NCBI RefSeq assembly: GCF_052425735.1
Contig: NC_135761.1
Location: forward strand, 63,922,001-63,986,000
Direction of reading: 5' to 3'
Source: Oculina patagonica
Lineage: Eukaryota
Length of the DNA stretch: 64,000 bases
Shown: one piece after another, positions 43,466-57,500 of the stretch
How the letters are laid out: each line of letters opens with the position of its first letter
Numbering within the stretch: position 1 is the stretch's first letter
Translations under genes and position numbers: made by a program
The notes under the pieces: generated by a model
Seen by the model: the letters and a program-made list of their open reading frames with translations, nothing else
What the model was told of the DNA's origin: nothing
The model's database searches: none

Positions 43466-44600
43466 TGTTCAGTAATACTTTCTTGGCTTCGGCGAACAGA
43501 ATTTCACAAAGGAATATTTAGTTTATTATACTTTATTCAATAATTAAGAAAATAATAATTTTTTTTAAGAAACAACAGAAGTAAAATATGATGTAGCAAA
43601 CATCATAATCAAGATAAAAGTTGATATTTTATGTTTTGAGCTAACAGTGTTTATGAAGTTGTCATGGTAGAAAACATTCATTTTCGGATTCTTTGTTTTT
43701 TGATAGCGAAATTTGGTGTGATCTGAGATTAAAAATCTAATCTCTAAGAAGGCCGCGAGCGACCTGGAACCGTCTGAATCAGGCTACTCCGGCCAGGACT
43801 TGTACAAGTACCCAGTATGTAACACAGTTTTGACAACGTGACTTAACATTATTTGTTTGAGTGTTGTCTTCTTGCCAAGAACAACTGTGACTGAAATAAT
43901 AGATTCTATAAGGCCAATCTTAAAAGTAGTTCTTAAATTAATAACTTTTTTCACCATGCATTTTTCGCTTTAAGGAAAGGATATTTGAAAAAGTGTTTTC
44001 ATTCAACGAGTTGTGTGTTTTGAGCATAGAGTTTCTCCATTTTTTGCGAAAAAGTTCAAAAGAACTATTGGACCCAGCTTAGTTCATGTCTTAGGATTGA
44101 ACCCACGCTATGAGTAATATTTTGAAAAGTTCCCTGCTTATTCCAGAAAGTTATCTCTTGGCTTCCAAGTGATGTGAAAAAAGCATTCATCTTCGTAACG
44201 TGCAACTGGATATCTTTTCTTGAGTACACTTGGGTCATGCGCAGTTTGTAACAGCAATGCCTGCCTGTGTTATATGAAAAACTAGTTTTAGAGCAAACAA
44301 GTTTCAAATTTTGTATTTTTCCGAGATAAACTGTCAGTGAATTTGTCTTTGCCAAGTTTGAATAACACTTCGGAAGTTGAAAATCACGAGAAAAGGTCGC
44401 ATTGTTTTAGCCTCGCCCTTACCCAAAACAAAAAAAAAGACACAAATTGGAAAGATAGAAATCAAGGAAGGATGCTCAAACACGAATAAAACAAACAGAA
44501 GATAGTTTCCCAAGTTTATTTTAAATGTTGCTCTACAATGCTCACATATCACATCAGTGTGTATGTGCCGGAGCTGACATCTTCATGGAGGTTTTTAACT

Positions 44601-46619
44601 CTAACATGACGGCTTTATTATCTTCACTGAGCCTTTCAAGTGAGCTTTAAAGTCGCTCCACTGAAACACGTTCCCCACCCCTGCCAGGCACGACTTGGAC
44701 ATGCGCGTGATTTCTTGGTCTTTTATCACGTGATCCCAGATGTTGACACCTGTCATTTCACCGATGAAACTTTGTTTGGCATCAAAGGTTCCTCCTTCCG
44801 AGTCTTGCTCCTGCCCAAGCACCAGGGCTCCTCCACCACGGATCACATAGCCTATGAAAACGCCAAGAGAAACGACGGTTAAGCTATCTCCTTTATTTAA
44901 ACAGTTATTTCCCCTTTTTCTTTCAAGCAAGATTAAAAAATAAAAACCAAATTCAAGCTCCTTTCACACCGCCTTTCACCCCATGCTTTCCATTCTGTAA
45001 GTCTGTTTTTGTCAACAGACTTACAGAATACCAGAGAACGTAATCGTAAAATACCAAAATGACATTGATTTTACTCTGTGAAGTGCTGTTATGACGTGTT
45101 TGTTACACAGTTAGGGAACTCGTCAAGAGTCATATTTGGTCAGGAATAGTTACTAAGTAGATGAATCTACCTGTTTTAACACCTGTAGCAGAGAAAACAA
45201 CCTTGCCATCTTTGTACATCTTCCGTGATCCAGCGGTATTCTCCCATGTTGCGCAGATGTGGTGCCAGTTTCCATCGTTTGCAGATACGGAAGTTTTGCC
45301 GCTAAAGAGAGCAACAAATAGCCTTGAAAAATCACGCACCTGACATCTTTTTATTACTATTTCTTATTTCCGCTGTTTGTTTGATTTCCTCACTAATTGT
45401 ACAGGCATCCCGTCTGAAACGTTTGCTTTATTAATGGACAAACATACCTAACAATTCAATGAAGATCTATTGTTCTAATTTTCTTTGATCGATGTGGCTT
45501 GAATGTATTTATGGAACTGCTGATTTCAGGGCAAATAATGGCATAATTCACTAGAGGTTTCGCGTTACTTGAATCATTTTATTCAGTCTATTTTTAGCTT
45601 TTTAAATTACTCACATTCATCGTAATTTTCATTAACATAATTTGTATGGCGCATTTTATCATAATTCTATGGTAATTTGTACCATATGAGTAGAATGTTC
45701 ACTTCCAATAGCTAGACATCATTTGTACCTTTGAGTGCCTCCAATCCAGAACCCAAAATTTCTGTAGTCATGCAGAAGCAGCTCGTTGGTTGATCCCACA
45801 TTGTAGCCCAGTGGCGCGCCTTCATTCCCTGAATCAGCGGTTTTCATCCACAGACAAACTGTCACGGCTGTGAGGCTTGGCATGCCACGTATGATGACGT
45901 AATCACTGGTTCCTTTTCGCGGGAACAGCAGTGCGTAACCTGCCGCAGCTAATTATGTGAAACAAAAACAAGTTCAATCAATGTTCGACTGCGCCTCAAT
46001 TTTTTTAATAAACTTCTTGTATCTGGAGTATGTTGGCTAAGACTTTACTTGCTAATGAAATGTACGAGGAAAAATGACCAAAAGATCAAAAAAGGCGTTC
46101 TAAAGATTGTCTGCACATCTTTTGAAAAAAACCCCCCAGCAAATTGAGCTCCAAGTGTCAGTGATCATGAGGTTTATATGTGAATATATCAGAGAATTGA
46201 AGCCGTCTTTTACTTTATTCAGCATAGAATATTAGTAAAAACCGTTTTGTAAAGCAAAGGAGGTTGTTTTTAGAAGGTGATTGTACCGTTGTGGAGGTTT
46301 TGGAAGTAATTTGGCCGTATGACTGAAATTTGCTATGTTTTACACATGTGGATCGCTCAGGGAAGTAAAACTAATACATGCCTTGTCTTTCCAAAGTTGT
46401 TAATCTCTGAGACATCTTTTGAACCTGTGCTGACAGCGCTGCGAACGGCTTCGTTTCTCCTGTTTCTCGGGCCGTGGACACGACAACCTCGTTATGGTCT
46501 CCACTGATGAAAATTTTCCCGTCCGCGGCAGTCTTGTTCACGCGTGTGGACAAGACAACTTGGGGTCCAACCACAAAAATCAGGATCAGAGAAAAACACA
46601 TCAAATCTGAAGCGCACAT
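44601..46619 (-). CDS. Secreted pentraxin-domain protein, copy 3 (exons 46619-46382, 45948/45939-45729, 45301-45171, 44851-44601)
   Basis: Same exon structure as copy 1; last exon identical in protein sequence; GC donor at intron 1. Confidence 0.85.
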
Positions 46620-47710
46620 GTTGACAGAACGAAGCCTATTGGTAAGACTGAGTCACCTTCGTCGGTGATAGAAAATTTTATTAATTACAAAGTACATTAT
46701 AAATATAAACTGAACAAGTTTCTTTTTCTCGATCATAATGACGCATCGTTTATTATGACATAAAGAGCCTGTTATTAAAGTTTCACTGAACCTTGACGAA
46801 ACAATTTTATATCATTTTGGATTCAAAACTGAAAGGTACGTTGTGACTGATTAGTTAATTAAAATTGCTTTTATAAAATGTCTCTTGCTTATTTCATTAT
46901 CCAAAATTTACTCTGTGGTGTCTGCGTGTCTCTGTATGAGTTACTCTGTAGATGTAAAAACTATTTATGCACGTTAGTGACGGTCGATAATCTTTAAATT
47001 GTGACATTCAATTGGCAGCAGACAAAACAACTTCTTTGTGTTCGCGTGCTCTTACGTTAGACTTTTTCGCTCAAACCAAATTGCGCTTTTCATTCCATTC
47101 GTCGAGCGACTCTCTTTCACGGGAACTCGGCTAGATGTCTTTCATTGAATTCCTTTGAAGCCAGAGTCAGACTGAGTGAAACCATGATAAATTATAAAAA
47201 ACCCTTGCGAACAGGGTTGCTGTAAAATTTTCCACGCTTTGTTTATTATTGTTATTCTATGGTCGGTAAAAATTTCCATAAAATTTCAATTTCGTCGCTT
47301 TTTAATGGCAAATTACACTGTAATCACGTTTTACTTCGCAGGAACCCGGTTAATGGATTAATGCATAAAGCAGAACGAATTGTCAGGGCGCAGCGTACCG
47401 ATAAAGACCGGATAAAGACGAACTGAATGCTGACTAAATATTCAATCAAATGAAGCGTAAATTTGATATTTTACGTGATGTAACCGTTATTTTATGTCCT
47501 CAGAAAAAGTCAGATTAAGGTCAAAGTTAATTTACTCAATACACCGTGTTGTGGCTTTTGTGTGGAGAGTGTCGGTAAAACATGGAAAATAAAATTAAAA
47601 ATATCAGATCTTTCTAAGCTGCTTTAAAATAATTATGTTATGATTTACTAGCAGCCATAAAGGTTATAGATTTAAGAATTGGTTCATGCTTGACGCACGA
47701 ATATCAAGTT

Positions 47711-48322
47711 TTATTATTCAACACATGCGCGCGCTGCCCATATATGGTCAAAATGTTAACGATATCTGTCATCCGTACATAACAGATATCCTGCGGTATA
47801 CGTAGGTTGCGAAGATTCGTCCGAAATCTTGTAATGCGCTGCATAATTACAGTTTTTCTTTCTGCAAAATGTGTTTCGTTGACAATTTGTCGAATAATAA
47901 AACAATTATCCTGCTCAATCTTGCGGAATATCGTCTGATTTTAGCCAACTCGGCCTACGGCCTCGTCGGCTAAGTATTTAACAATTATCCTGCGAAATCG
48001 CGCGGAATATCGCCTGTTATTATTCAACACATGCGCGCGCTGCCCATATATGGTCAAAATGTTAACGATATCTGTCATCCGTACATAACAGATATCCTGC
48101 GGTATACGTAGGTTGCGAAGATTCGTCCGAAATCTTGTAATGCGCTGCATAATTACAGTTTTTCTTTCTGCAAAATGTGTTTCGTTGACAATTTGTCGAA
48201 TAATAAAACAATTATCCTGCTCAATCTTGCGGAATATCGTCTGATTTTAGCCAACTCGGCCTACGGCCTCGTCGGCTAAGTATCAGGCGATATTCCGCGC
48301 GATTTCGCAGGATAATTGTTAA
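47711..48322. mobile_element. Inserted element with an internal tandem duplication of about 306 bp
   Basis: ttattattcaacacatgcgcgc... is repeated at about 47711 and 48017; it interrupts the MITE whose intact copy is at 1182. Confidence 0.6.
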
Positions 48323-50228
48323 ATGGATGCACGCAGGAAGTTTGGAGAGTCCGAGAGATGCGTAAAGGCTGGTTCTTCTCATATAATCGCCCCGATCGTT
48401 TCTATCGCCTCTGTCACTTCAAAAATTTTTTTGCGATCGTGGCTATTATATATGACAACTAACACAGACAATCGCAAACGTCTGCGGCGATTGGGGCGAT
48501 CACGATTGCTTGGATCGCCCGTGTTCTATTTTTCTAGCTCTTCTTTCCCTTCTTCGCCGTAAAACTGTAATATCTGAGAATATAGCCACTGTATACGCGC
48601 GATGGAATTCTAGCGGGCATTATTTTTAATAGAACATAGCTGAAAACTATAGAAGCCCGGTACCCCGGATGTGCGAATTGTTTGTCGAATTTCGCTGAAC
48701 GACTTCGTCGACTTCACCTCTATTCTCTTGTTTTGTTGTTTAAATGATGCTTTAAAGCAGCAAGTTTTTTATCAGGAACGTTTTACCTGCTTAAATGGAA
48801 GTAAGACAGTGCCAAAGGAAGCGACAGATGAAGAAAGAATCGTTAAAATTTGTTGTTTTTCTTTGGAGTTGTATACGCCACTATTTTGCCGTGAACTGCC
48901 CCAAATTGATTGGAAATTATTTAGCAAAATAAGCCGGATTCTAGAAACGCTTTGAGGTAAGAAACCTTTTTTTAGCCACAATCTGAAGACAGAACACTCC
49001 ACTTTTGTTCTTTTTAATCGAAATAAGAGGCGAATTTGAAAAACTTGCTGCGAAACGAACGCATGAAAATTTTTCATTTGAATGAAATTGAAGTAGGCTT
49101 AACCAAACTTGGATGCGTAAATATTTCAACAAGATTTGTCGGCTTTGTGAGAATCTTTTGGTAGTTGGAGAAAGGACTATATTACCTATATAAATAGGAA
49201 ATATGAATGAAATGATATCTTGGTTTATTTATAAAGAAGCCGCCAAAGAAAATAATAAACTAAACTTTCACTTTTACCAATGTTGCGTGCGTTTGTAAAT
49301 GCCGTGAGCGGCCTCAAGCGTGCATTATTTTCTTTTATAATATAGATAGGAGTCTACGCGCGCTCTGATTGGCTAAAAACCTTTGTTTTATCAGAGTATA
49401 AAACATAGAAAAATCATGTTTTATTGTTTTTCGTCAGCTTTCCTCGAGTGCTTCGCGCGTCGTTGACTGTTCGTTGGCTATAACCACTCGTATCCAACAA
49501 GGGCGAATGGAATAATTGTTTTATTAAATTCCTTTTTAAGTATAAATCCACTGGACATTTCATTTTGATGTAAACGAAGTGAGGCGGGAAAAATTGTGGC
49601 GCGGTGTCCACTGCTTGAGTTGAATGAAACTCGCAAGGAAAGCGATCGAGAGAGTTTTCTTTCGAAGATTTTCTTCGACAATCTCCTCTTAAATCGTCTA
49701 TTCATGCTGGAACTTGATTGTGACAACAATTAAGGTTTACGGGAATATCCGAAGCAATAGCTTTTCTGGAAATTATACGCCTTGTTCAAGTCGAACGAAG
49801 AAAGGGACGGATGTCATCGAGACTCGGTGCAGTCGGTGAAGTTTATCGAAGTTCAAAAAGACAAGATCAAGATTAAAAGGTAACAAACTTACCTGAAATG
49901 CTTAGCCTTATTTTACGTCGAATACTGAATGAAATTGTGTCAGTTTTCTGGTCTTCCCGTAAACTATTTTCTGCTTTTCATCTTTGTTTACTCGCTCTTG
50001 TTGTACATATTTTTAATTGTTAAATAGAACATGGAAAACCATCTCTGCCAAACTCGTTGGGTTTGTTTTGTTCCGTTTTATTGCTTTAACTATTTTTCTT
50101 TTTGCAATCGATGATTTAAACTGGTTTACACCGTATGCAAGCGAACACTTGTGTTTGCTGTTTTCTTGTTTGCTATCGTTATTTTTTTAAGTTCTTGATG
50201 ATCACCTCTAAAAATTATACTAAAACAG

Positions 50229-51811
50229 TTATGCATCAGTCAATTGAAACCCCGGCCCCCCGACCCCCGAGACTTACCGGGGAATTTAACATTTACCAAG
50301 TGTTAAAACCCGGCTTATTTCCCCAACCTAGGGGCCTAGACGTCTGTTAAAAACCCCGCATAGCGGGGGCATCCGAATCGACTTTCAGGAAAAAAAACGG
50401 ACAAAAATCTTGATTTCGTGGCCGAAGTTGAAATATCTATTTCTTTCATTTATTGTCCATGTATAGTTACGAGGTCGGAAAGAAACCTGATGTAGTTTGT
50501 TTCTGCCAAAAACTTATTAAAAAAATTGTTTTTCGTGGTCAGAGACACAAAGTTGTCAAATTTAAAACCCATAATTAGCCATTATGAACACGCCTGCCGG
50601 AAGACCCATAATATCGGGGTGTGATTGCCCTACAGAAAGTATTTCAGGTTTTGTTGACCATCTACTTAAGCCGATAGCACAGCGACAAGCTTCGTGCGAC
50701 AGACTTTAATAACTTCATTGAGAAGATTACAGTGCCATGCCCAAACAGCCTAAAAAAAGCTTTCCTTTTCTCATTAACACTGTATGCGAAGCATACGGAG
50801 AATTTCATCAAGGAAACCCTCCCGTACAGGGCATTTGCCATAGAAGAGGCAAGATCTTGCTAGGGGGAACTGGGGGCATGCCCTTCAGAAAATTTTGAAA
50901 TCTAGAAGCCCTGAAACTCTTTCTTCAAGATTTTTCTTAAGGTATTTCTTGAGAGAAATAAATCTTTTTTAACTTGGGATCATTTCCCCAACAAAAAAAT
51001 TTGTTATTAAATTTGGGTTAAAATCTAGACGAGGTAAGTGCCTTGTCTTGCCTCGTCTTGCCTCGTCTTGCCTCGTCTTGCCTCGTCTTGCCTCTTTCTA
51101 CGGCCCTGCCGTACTCGTTAAGAGAGTTGCTCAGTGTGATCTTTCAAGAAAGCTCGTTCCAATTCAATGGAAAAGATTATCTTTAAGCACATCAAACAGC
51201 CATGGGCACGACAATCGCCGCAGTTTCCGCTGTCATCTTCATGGCCAAAATAGAAAACGAAATACTCAGACAAGTAGCAATAAGCCTATCCTTTGGAAAC
51301 GATTTATTGACGACGGACACAAGAAGTGACAAAATAGAAGAATTTCTTCTAAAGGTAAACAGCTTTCACCCTATGATATGATTCACGGCTGAAATCTCAG
51401 AAACAAAAACTACTTTCTTGGAGACGATAGTGTACAAAGATGGCAGATTTTAAGTACAATGAGTCTATTTTTATCGTGTGAACATATTAAATACAAACCC
51501 AGGCGTCGCGAAAGGCTTTAAATATCAAGGAAGAAGCGTGGAGACTTTTCAGAAGGGATTCCTCAGAACGAACATTTTGAGAAAAACATTTAGTCCTTTA
51601 TGTTAAATCCCGGCTGCCGTCCCCGCTTTAAGTGATCGCGTGCTGTTAAATCACCGCTCCATGGCCCCGGTCTACTGACATTTTGTTAAAACCACCGCCC
51701 ACCGGGGCCAACGCGCCGTTAAAAGTGCGTTAAATCCCGGCTTTGGACGCGTTAAATCCCCGCTAAGTCCCGGGGGTCGGGGGGCCGGGGTTTCAATTGA
51801 CTAATGCATTA
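50229..51811. mobile_element. TIR element (about 40-bp TIR), superfamily unassigned
   Basis: tatgcatcagtcaattgaaaccccggccccccgacccccg / cgggggtcggggggccggggtttcaattgactaatgcat. Confidence 0.75.
50592..51590 (+). pseudogene. Decayed Penelope-like reverse transcriptase fragments
   Basis: GRPIISGCDCPTESISGFVDHLLKPIA, TAMGT and KPILWKRFIDD, with stops and frameshifts. Confidence 0.7.
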
Positions 51812-52615
51812 TTTGCCTCAGGCTCAGTGATTTTAAAGATAGGATTTGACGAGTTTTGCATTTCATTGAAGCTGTTGAAGGCTGCCATTGTGTTGGATCT
51901 AGGGCTAAAATGATTGTTTTACGTATTTCTTCGGTCATACCAGGCGATCGGGACGATCATATGAGAACCCCTGATCGCTTCGATCGCCTACGATCGTCTC
52001 AGTATTTGCAAACGATCGATTCGATAGAAACGATCGAAGCGATCATATGAGAACCAGCCTTAAGAGTTGCTCGACGCGTAGCCGAGAGCAACTCACGTTT
52101 CTTTCGTGCTTTCCAAACTTCCCGCGTGCATCCATAACACGATGTACGTGCAGCTAAAAGCTTGAACCAATTAATTTACAGTAACTGTGATAATAGGTTT
52201 TTTGCCTAGAGAAGATAGCGGCAACAAAGTTTTGTGCGAAAGCAGGTTTTAAAGCACTGCCAGGCTAAAAGGTCAACGTCAAGGAAAAATATGAAAGTTC
52301 TTCTGTAGTTTTTTCCATTTAGTTGTTGTATGTATCCTTTTGAATGAAAAAAACTCTACAGAAGAACTTTCATATTTTTCCTTGACGTTGACCTTTTGGA
52401 CTAGCATTCCATTCAGCGGGAGTAGAAATATTCCTAGCCGCTTAATGCTACGGAAACCGGGATAAGCTCCGGCAGTGTGGGCCGTTTGGCTCGTGGCTCC
52501 TCTTATCTTATGTATCCTTTTAATGACTGACGGATAGTAAGCGACGGCGAAATACGAAAATGCAACTTCACACGTCATGAAAAATACGCACGGCTGTGTG
52601 TATATAGTTAACAAA

Positions 52616-52649
<34 letters not shown>

Positions 52650-52659
52650 GATAGCAAAC

Positions 52660-53350
52660 GAGGCAGCAGACAATCCCTCACTCGAAATTGTAGTAAGGCA
52701 GCCACCAACCTCTCTCGACTAACTGAACTTGAAGGGGATAACAGAAAACTGACAGTGAATACCAAGATAGCTGTGTACAGAGCATGCATTGTCAGCAAAC
52801 TACTCTATGGCGGTGAGACCTGAACTGCCTACATAAGTCAGGAACGTCAACTCTACATCTAAGTGTATCCTTGGCGGGGGGTAACATGGAAGCACAAAGA
52901 GACCAACAATAAGGTGCTTATTAAAGCAGGACTTCACTCCATGTATTCTCTTGTTCGTCAACGTAGGCTCCGTTGGCTCGATGGATAATGACCGTTTCCT
53001 TAAATATCTCCTCTACGGCGAACTTGTAGAGAGGAAGCGAGCGGTCGGGAGACCGAAACTTCGTAAAAAGGATGTGTGCAAAAGGGACATAAAATCCACC
53101 GGCATGAACGTTAAGACGTGGGAGGCCCTGGCTGTTGACAGAGAAATCAGGAGAGCAAGGATGCGTAATTAGCACTACTAGAGAACAGCACATCGTCTTG
53201 CAGCGGATGATGAAAAGAGCGAAAGGGAAGACCAGCTGCGAGCTCTCAAAAACCCTACACGAGGAAGAGTTGTTATGTCAGAACTGCGGCCACATCTGCC
53301 TGTCTCAAATATATTCCACGCCGCCAAAAAGTTCTCATTGTCAGTGACGT
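52660..53350 (+). pseudogene. Decayed RTE-clade LINE 3' fragment
   Basis: LTVNTKIAVYRACIVSKLLYGGET, RQRRLRWL, LLYGELVERKRAVGRPKLRKKDVCKRD, TWEALA. Confidence 0.8.
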
Positions 53351-53777
53351 GAAACATCAGGTGAGAAGACTGGTTGAAAATGCCAAAAAAAAAACATCTC
53401 AGTGGCGTGAAACAGCACACCACTATTCGCATTTCACACGCATGCAGTCATTGATATTTAAATCTTTCTGAGAAAACCAAAACTTTGGGTGACGTCTTTC
53501 TTAGCAACGGCTTGATTGACACAGACTTGCACCGTTTCCAGGCACCGCTATATCGTCAAAGAAAATTGCCGACTTTCTTCCCCCTGGTTATAATTCAAGA
53601 CGCACCTGTTTTTTTTTTTTTAAAAGGAACGTTTTGTGTTTAAACCTGTAATGCAGGTTTGAAATGTAAAACAATTTTGGTTTCCATGGCAATGCAACTT
53701 GCGACACTGTTTGTGGCCTGTGTATCAGGTTTGTGACTGCAGGTCTGACTCTCTAACTGTGCATTTTTCGTGTTAGA

Positions 53778-54040
53778 CGCGGTGGTGCGGGTTCGAGCCC
53801 TGGCCGGGGTCATTGCATTGTGTTCTTGGGCAAGAAAGTCAGACGCTTTTCTATCATAGTGCCTCTCTTCACCCAGGTGTATAAATGGGTACCGGAGAAT
53901 TTAACGCTGGGGGAAACCCTGCAATGGACTAGCATCCTATCCAGGGGGGAGTAGCAATACTCCTAGTCACTTAATGCTACGGAAACCGGGATAAACTCCG
54001 GCCTGTATGGGCCACTTGGCTCGCGCAGACTCTACCTTAA
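53778..54040 (+). mobile_element. tRNA-derived SINE (5'-truncated)
   Basis: B-box GGTTCGAGCCC, conserved body tgtgttcttgggcaag...cacccaggtgtataaatgggtac; a second 3' fragment at about 52398-52500. Confidence 0.75.
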
Positions 54041-54583
54041 CCTGTGCATTTTTCGGCTTTGAAAAAGAACATCTGAAGAAAGATTTCTCCTTAGTGGTTC
54101 ACAAGGCACAAAGTTTCTTCATTTTATGCGAGAAAAGGTATAGGAACTTAATTCGTTATGATAAGATGAACGCTGTGGTAATTAATTTAACTATAATAAT
54201 ACTTTATTCAAACACAAATGGTACTTGAAAAACACTATTTTGATTTATAAAAAAAATTATGTTTATTCAATTATTTATGACTTATCCCGTTAACATACTA
54301 ACCGATATATTTTTTCAAGTTCACTTGGGTCAACGCAGTTTGAAGCAACACTGTCAGATCTTTATATATTGTCACAAATCAGTTTAATTTATTTTAAAAT
54401 TGGTATTTCATATGATTTACAGTAATATATGGTATCGCATGGTTTTATGTAAACCCTCGATTAAAAAAAAGAGAGCCCGGAGTTAAAACTCTCTGTTGTT
54501 CACTTATATGAAGCAAAAATCTTTGCGAATCCTTACTGCATTGAAAGAGAAATATAAAAGTCTTAATATTCTGGGTGCAGCAT

Positions 54584-57500
54584 TTAATACAACTGCAGAA
54601 AACTCACAAGGGATATCATTGCACTTGCGATACTGGCGATGAAAGAAGCACTAACATCTCGGGCCCCTCCACACTGGTTGTCTCCTGTCGGCTGACGAGT
54701 AGTGGTCTCCGCGCCTTTGAAACCGATGCAGCCGTCTTCCTGGCAACAGCTCGTCAGTTTACATTTGTCGAGAGTTCCACCATTCTTTTTGATATCAGCT
54801 CTTATATCCCCACACCCGGTAGCCTCAAGCGCGCTACAGAGCGACTGGAGGTAAACAGAAACGTTTTAAAATTAAACACAGTCAAGGTTTAGATTACATT
54901 GCTTATATTCCATACACAGAAACTACTGAAACACCTATCGCGAATGAAAAAAGAAATCAGTAACAGAGTAACACGTGACTTTCCTTCAGAACGTTAGACG
55001 TTAGACGCAAAGAAAAATCATCTGACTTAGATGGGATTCCTTCTCTTTTCTGACAGTTAAGATGTTTAGCCGGCTAAGGATTGATAGAGATCAGAAAAGT
55101 GGGTTGTTAGTTGGGTAGCCACGCAACAATACGGGACATTAATGTCGGGAGACTTAGCACAATTCTGGGCCAAATGACTGCTAGCCCCCTTCCCCTGCCC
55201 CCAAGCGATGTAGAGAATTTACCATCTCACACACCAAGATCAGGGCATTTATGTTTGTCAACATTGCTTGGGGGGAGGGGGATAAAGAAATGAACAAGAG
55301 AGATCGCCAATCTCAATTTTTGACGTACCAAAAGGTTATTTGGTATCGCCTTAACAAGTTTCGTAACTATTTTTGATCTCCATTGTAGTGTAGAAGAATA
55401 CTGCGTACGGTAAGTAACCAGATTGGTTTAAGGGTGGCTTGTATATATCTGAGCATCTTACCTTGTAATAACACCGCATTAAACTCGCATTGTACGTCGT
55501 TTGTCCGTATGTCATTTGCAGTGAGAGTCTCATGCAGGCATCGTATATGGCGTAAGGTACCGTTTTATTGACGTTGTCACAATTGCTTAACGTTTCTGGT
55601 TCTAAGCACGTGCGATGGGGTAGGACTGGGTCACAGGTGTAGCAGCTTATGGCGACAGCTACAAAAACAATATTAAAAAGAATAATTCTAACTGCTATTG
55701 AATGTCATCGTTAGCAGTAATAACAAAGTAACTGGCTATCGGAAAGTTCGGAAACAACCTATATATAAATGTTCTAGTTCTGGCTAGTTACGCAATCTTT
55801 TGGCTCGCCTTTATCTAGCCTCCGTCGAAAGCGTTCCCACATTTTCGGCGCGCGAAAATTTTCGCTCCAGTTTTCGCGCAGCCAAAATACGAAAAACCCT
55901 TCATTCGTACGGGTACGATCGTTACGCAATCTTTTGCCTTGTTTATTAGGAAGTCGTGACAAGCCAAAAAGGTGTCAGTAAAGGGTCAGTCTTCATGGTC
56001 TTTGAAACTAAAGCATAGGTAAAGTAAAGTAACGTCTTTTTTTATTGTGGGTATCACTCAATAGCTATAGAAAGCAAACAAACCCGTGACCCTCCTAATT
56101 ACAATTTTTTGAAAAATCAAAAAGCTAAGATATACAATAAAAAAATCTAAAAAAAATTAGATATTAAAGAGGTACAATTAACAAGCTCCAATAGAACTGT
56201 TTTATGTGACAAAAATGCACGAAGTCAGGAGGACCGCTTTAAGCCGGACACTTAAAACCGACACCAAAAGGACAGGAATGAGCGCCCGTATTATGTAGGT
56301 GAGGTAGAGTTTGTACGAGTTTTGGTCTCTTTCGGACCAAGTGAACTTTCCGTAATAGGGAAGTGTCCGAGGTGTCAAGGTGCCCGTAAGGAGAAGTTTT
56401 AAAACAAAATGCCTTTTTGTTCTAGGTTGCTATTTTATGACAGGACACTGCTGTATATGTTGTGGTGGCTTTTGGGAAACATAACAGAGCGTGATTGAAG
56501 CTGTGTTTAGTTATAATAGACGTATATTTTATGGCTGGATACGCCATGACCAGTAAATTGCAGGAGGACTGTATGTATGTATGTATGCACACTAAAATTG
56601 TCTGGTACCCAGCACCCTCGCAGCCGTGACACGTTATTTGGTTTTTCACGCACCACTTATAGTGACAGGAGCGTTACGTGACGATGTTTACCAGTCAATT
56701 GCCGGCTTCAACTGACGTCACGGCAGCCATGCTGGTGGACAAGAACAAAGCATTTCCTTCCGCTGGAACCTTAATTCTTTTATCATGCAAGTTTTAAAAA
56801 AAAATATTGTGTTGTCCACCAACATGTCCGCCTTGTCACATGGTTGCAACCCAAGAATTATGTCATTATTTTTGTAGTATTTACCAACTATTGTGGTTTA
56901 CTCCTTGCTACTTCGAACTAACTTTAATTTGCATCTTGTCTTTGAAACAGTCCATAGCAATTATTTGCAAAATCAATCGAATGAACATGCCCTTTCACAT
57001 GCATGCAAACAACCAGTTCCGAAGGCTGAAGGTTTAGTGATAACGTATCAGTACAGCTAATTCGAGAAAGGTTGTCGAAAAAAAGCAGAAAAGCACAGGC
57101 GACAAGACCGAAGGCTAGGAAGAATGGGTAGAAGTTGTGAGCTGCTGCACGCGCTGAATACTAATAAGATGACAAACGCGTCAGAAACGCGAATTTTCAT
57201 GTGTTCTTTTTCTTCAGCCATGTGGAAACAAGGTACTTTTAGCCACGCTAAGGTAAAACGAAATCGTCATGTGCAAAAATACAAACTTTAGCAAATTTCA
57301 AGTCAATACCCAGACCACCTTTCGGTCTTGTCTCGTGCACTTTTGAGCTTTGTTTCGACAACCTTTCTCTAATTAGGTGTATCTACAAACTTGTATCGCG
57401 AGACTTTGATAAGTATTTATAGTTTAAGTCAACTTTTGCAGAATCAGGAGTTTACAGGTCCATCTAGAAAAAAACGCCTGCTAATAATCTTCTCTACAAT

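Larger units (their letters stand above)
48366..52060. mobile_element. PIF/Harbinger-like non-autonomous element with TAA TSD, carrying nested inserts
   Basis: TAA|AGGCTGGTTCT...AGAACCAGCCT|TAA; empty site atgcgTAAgagttg seen at about 1251-1264. Confidence 0.8.

Noticed and set aside
53785-53810. Possible tRNA gene (GGTTCGAGCCC)
   Set aside because: Only a B-box within a SINE head; no cloverleaf.
54575-54892. 105-aa plus-strand ORF
   Set aside because: Antisense to the last exon of the Ly6-like gene.
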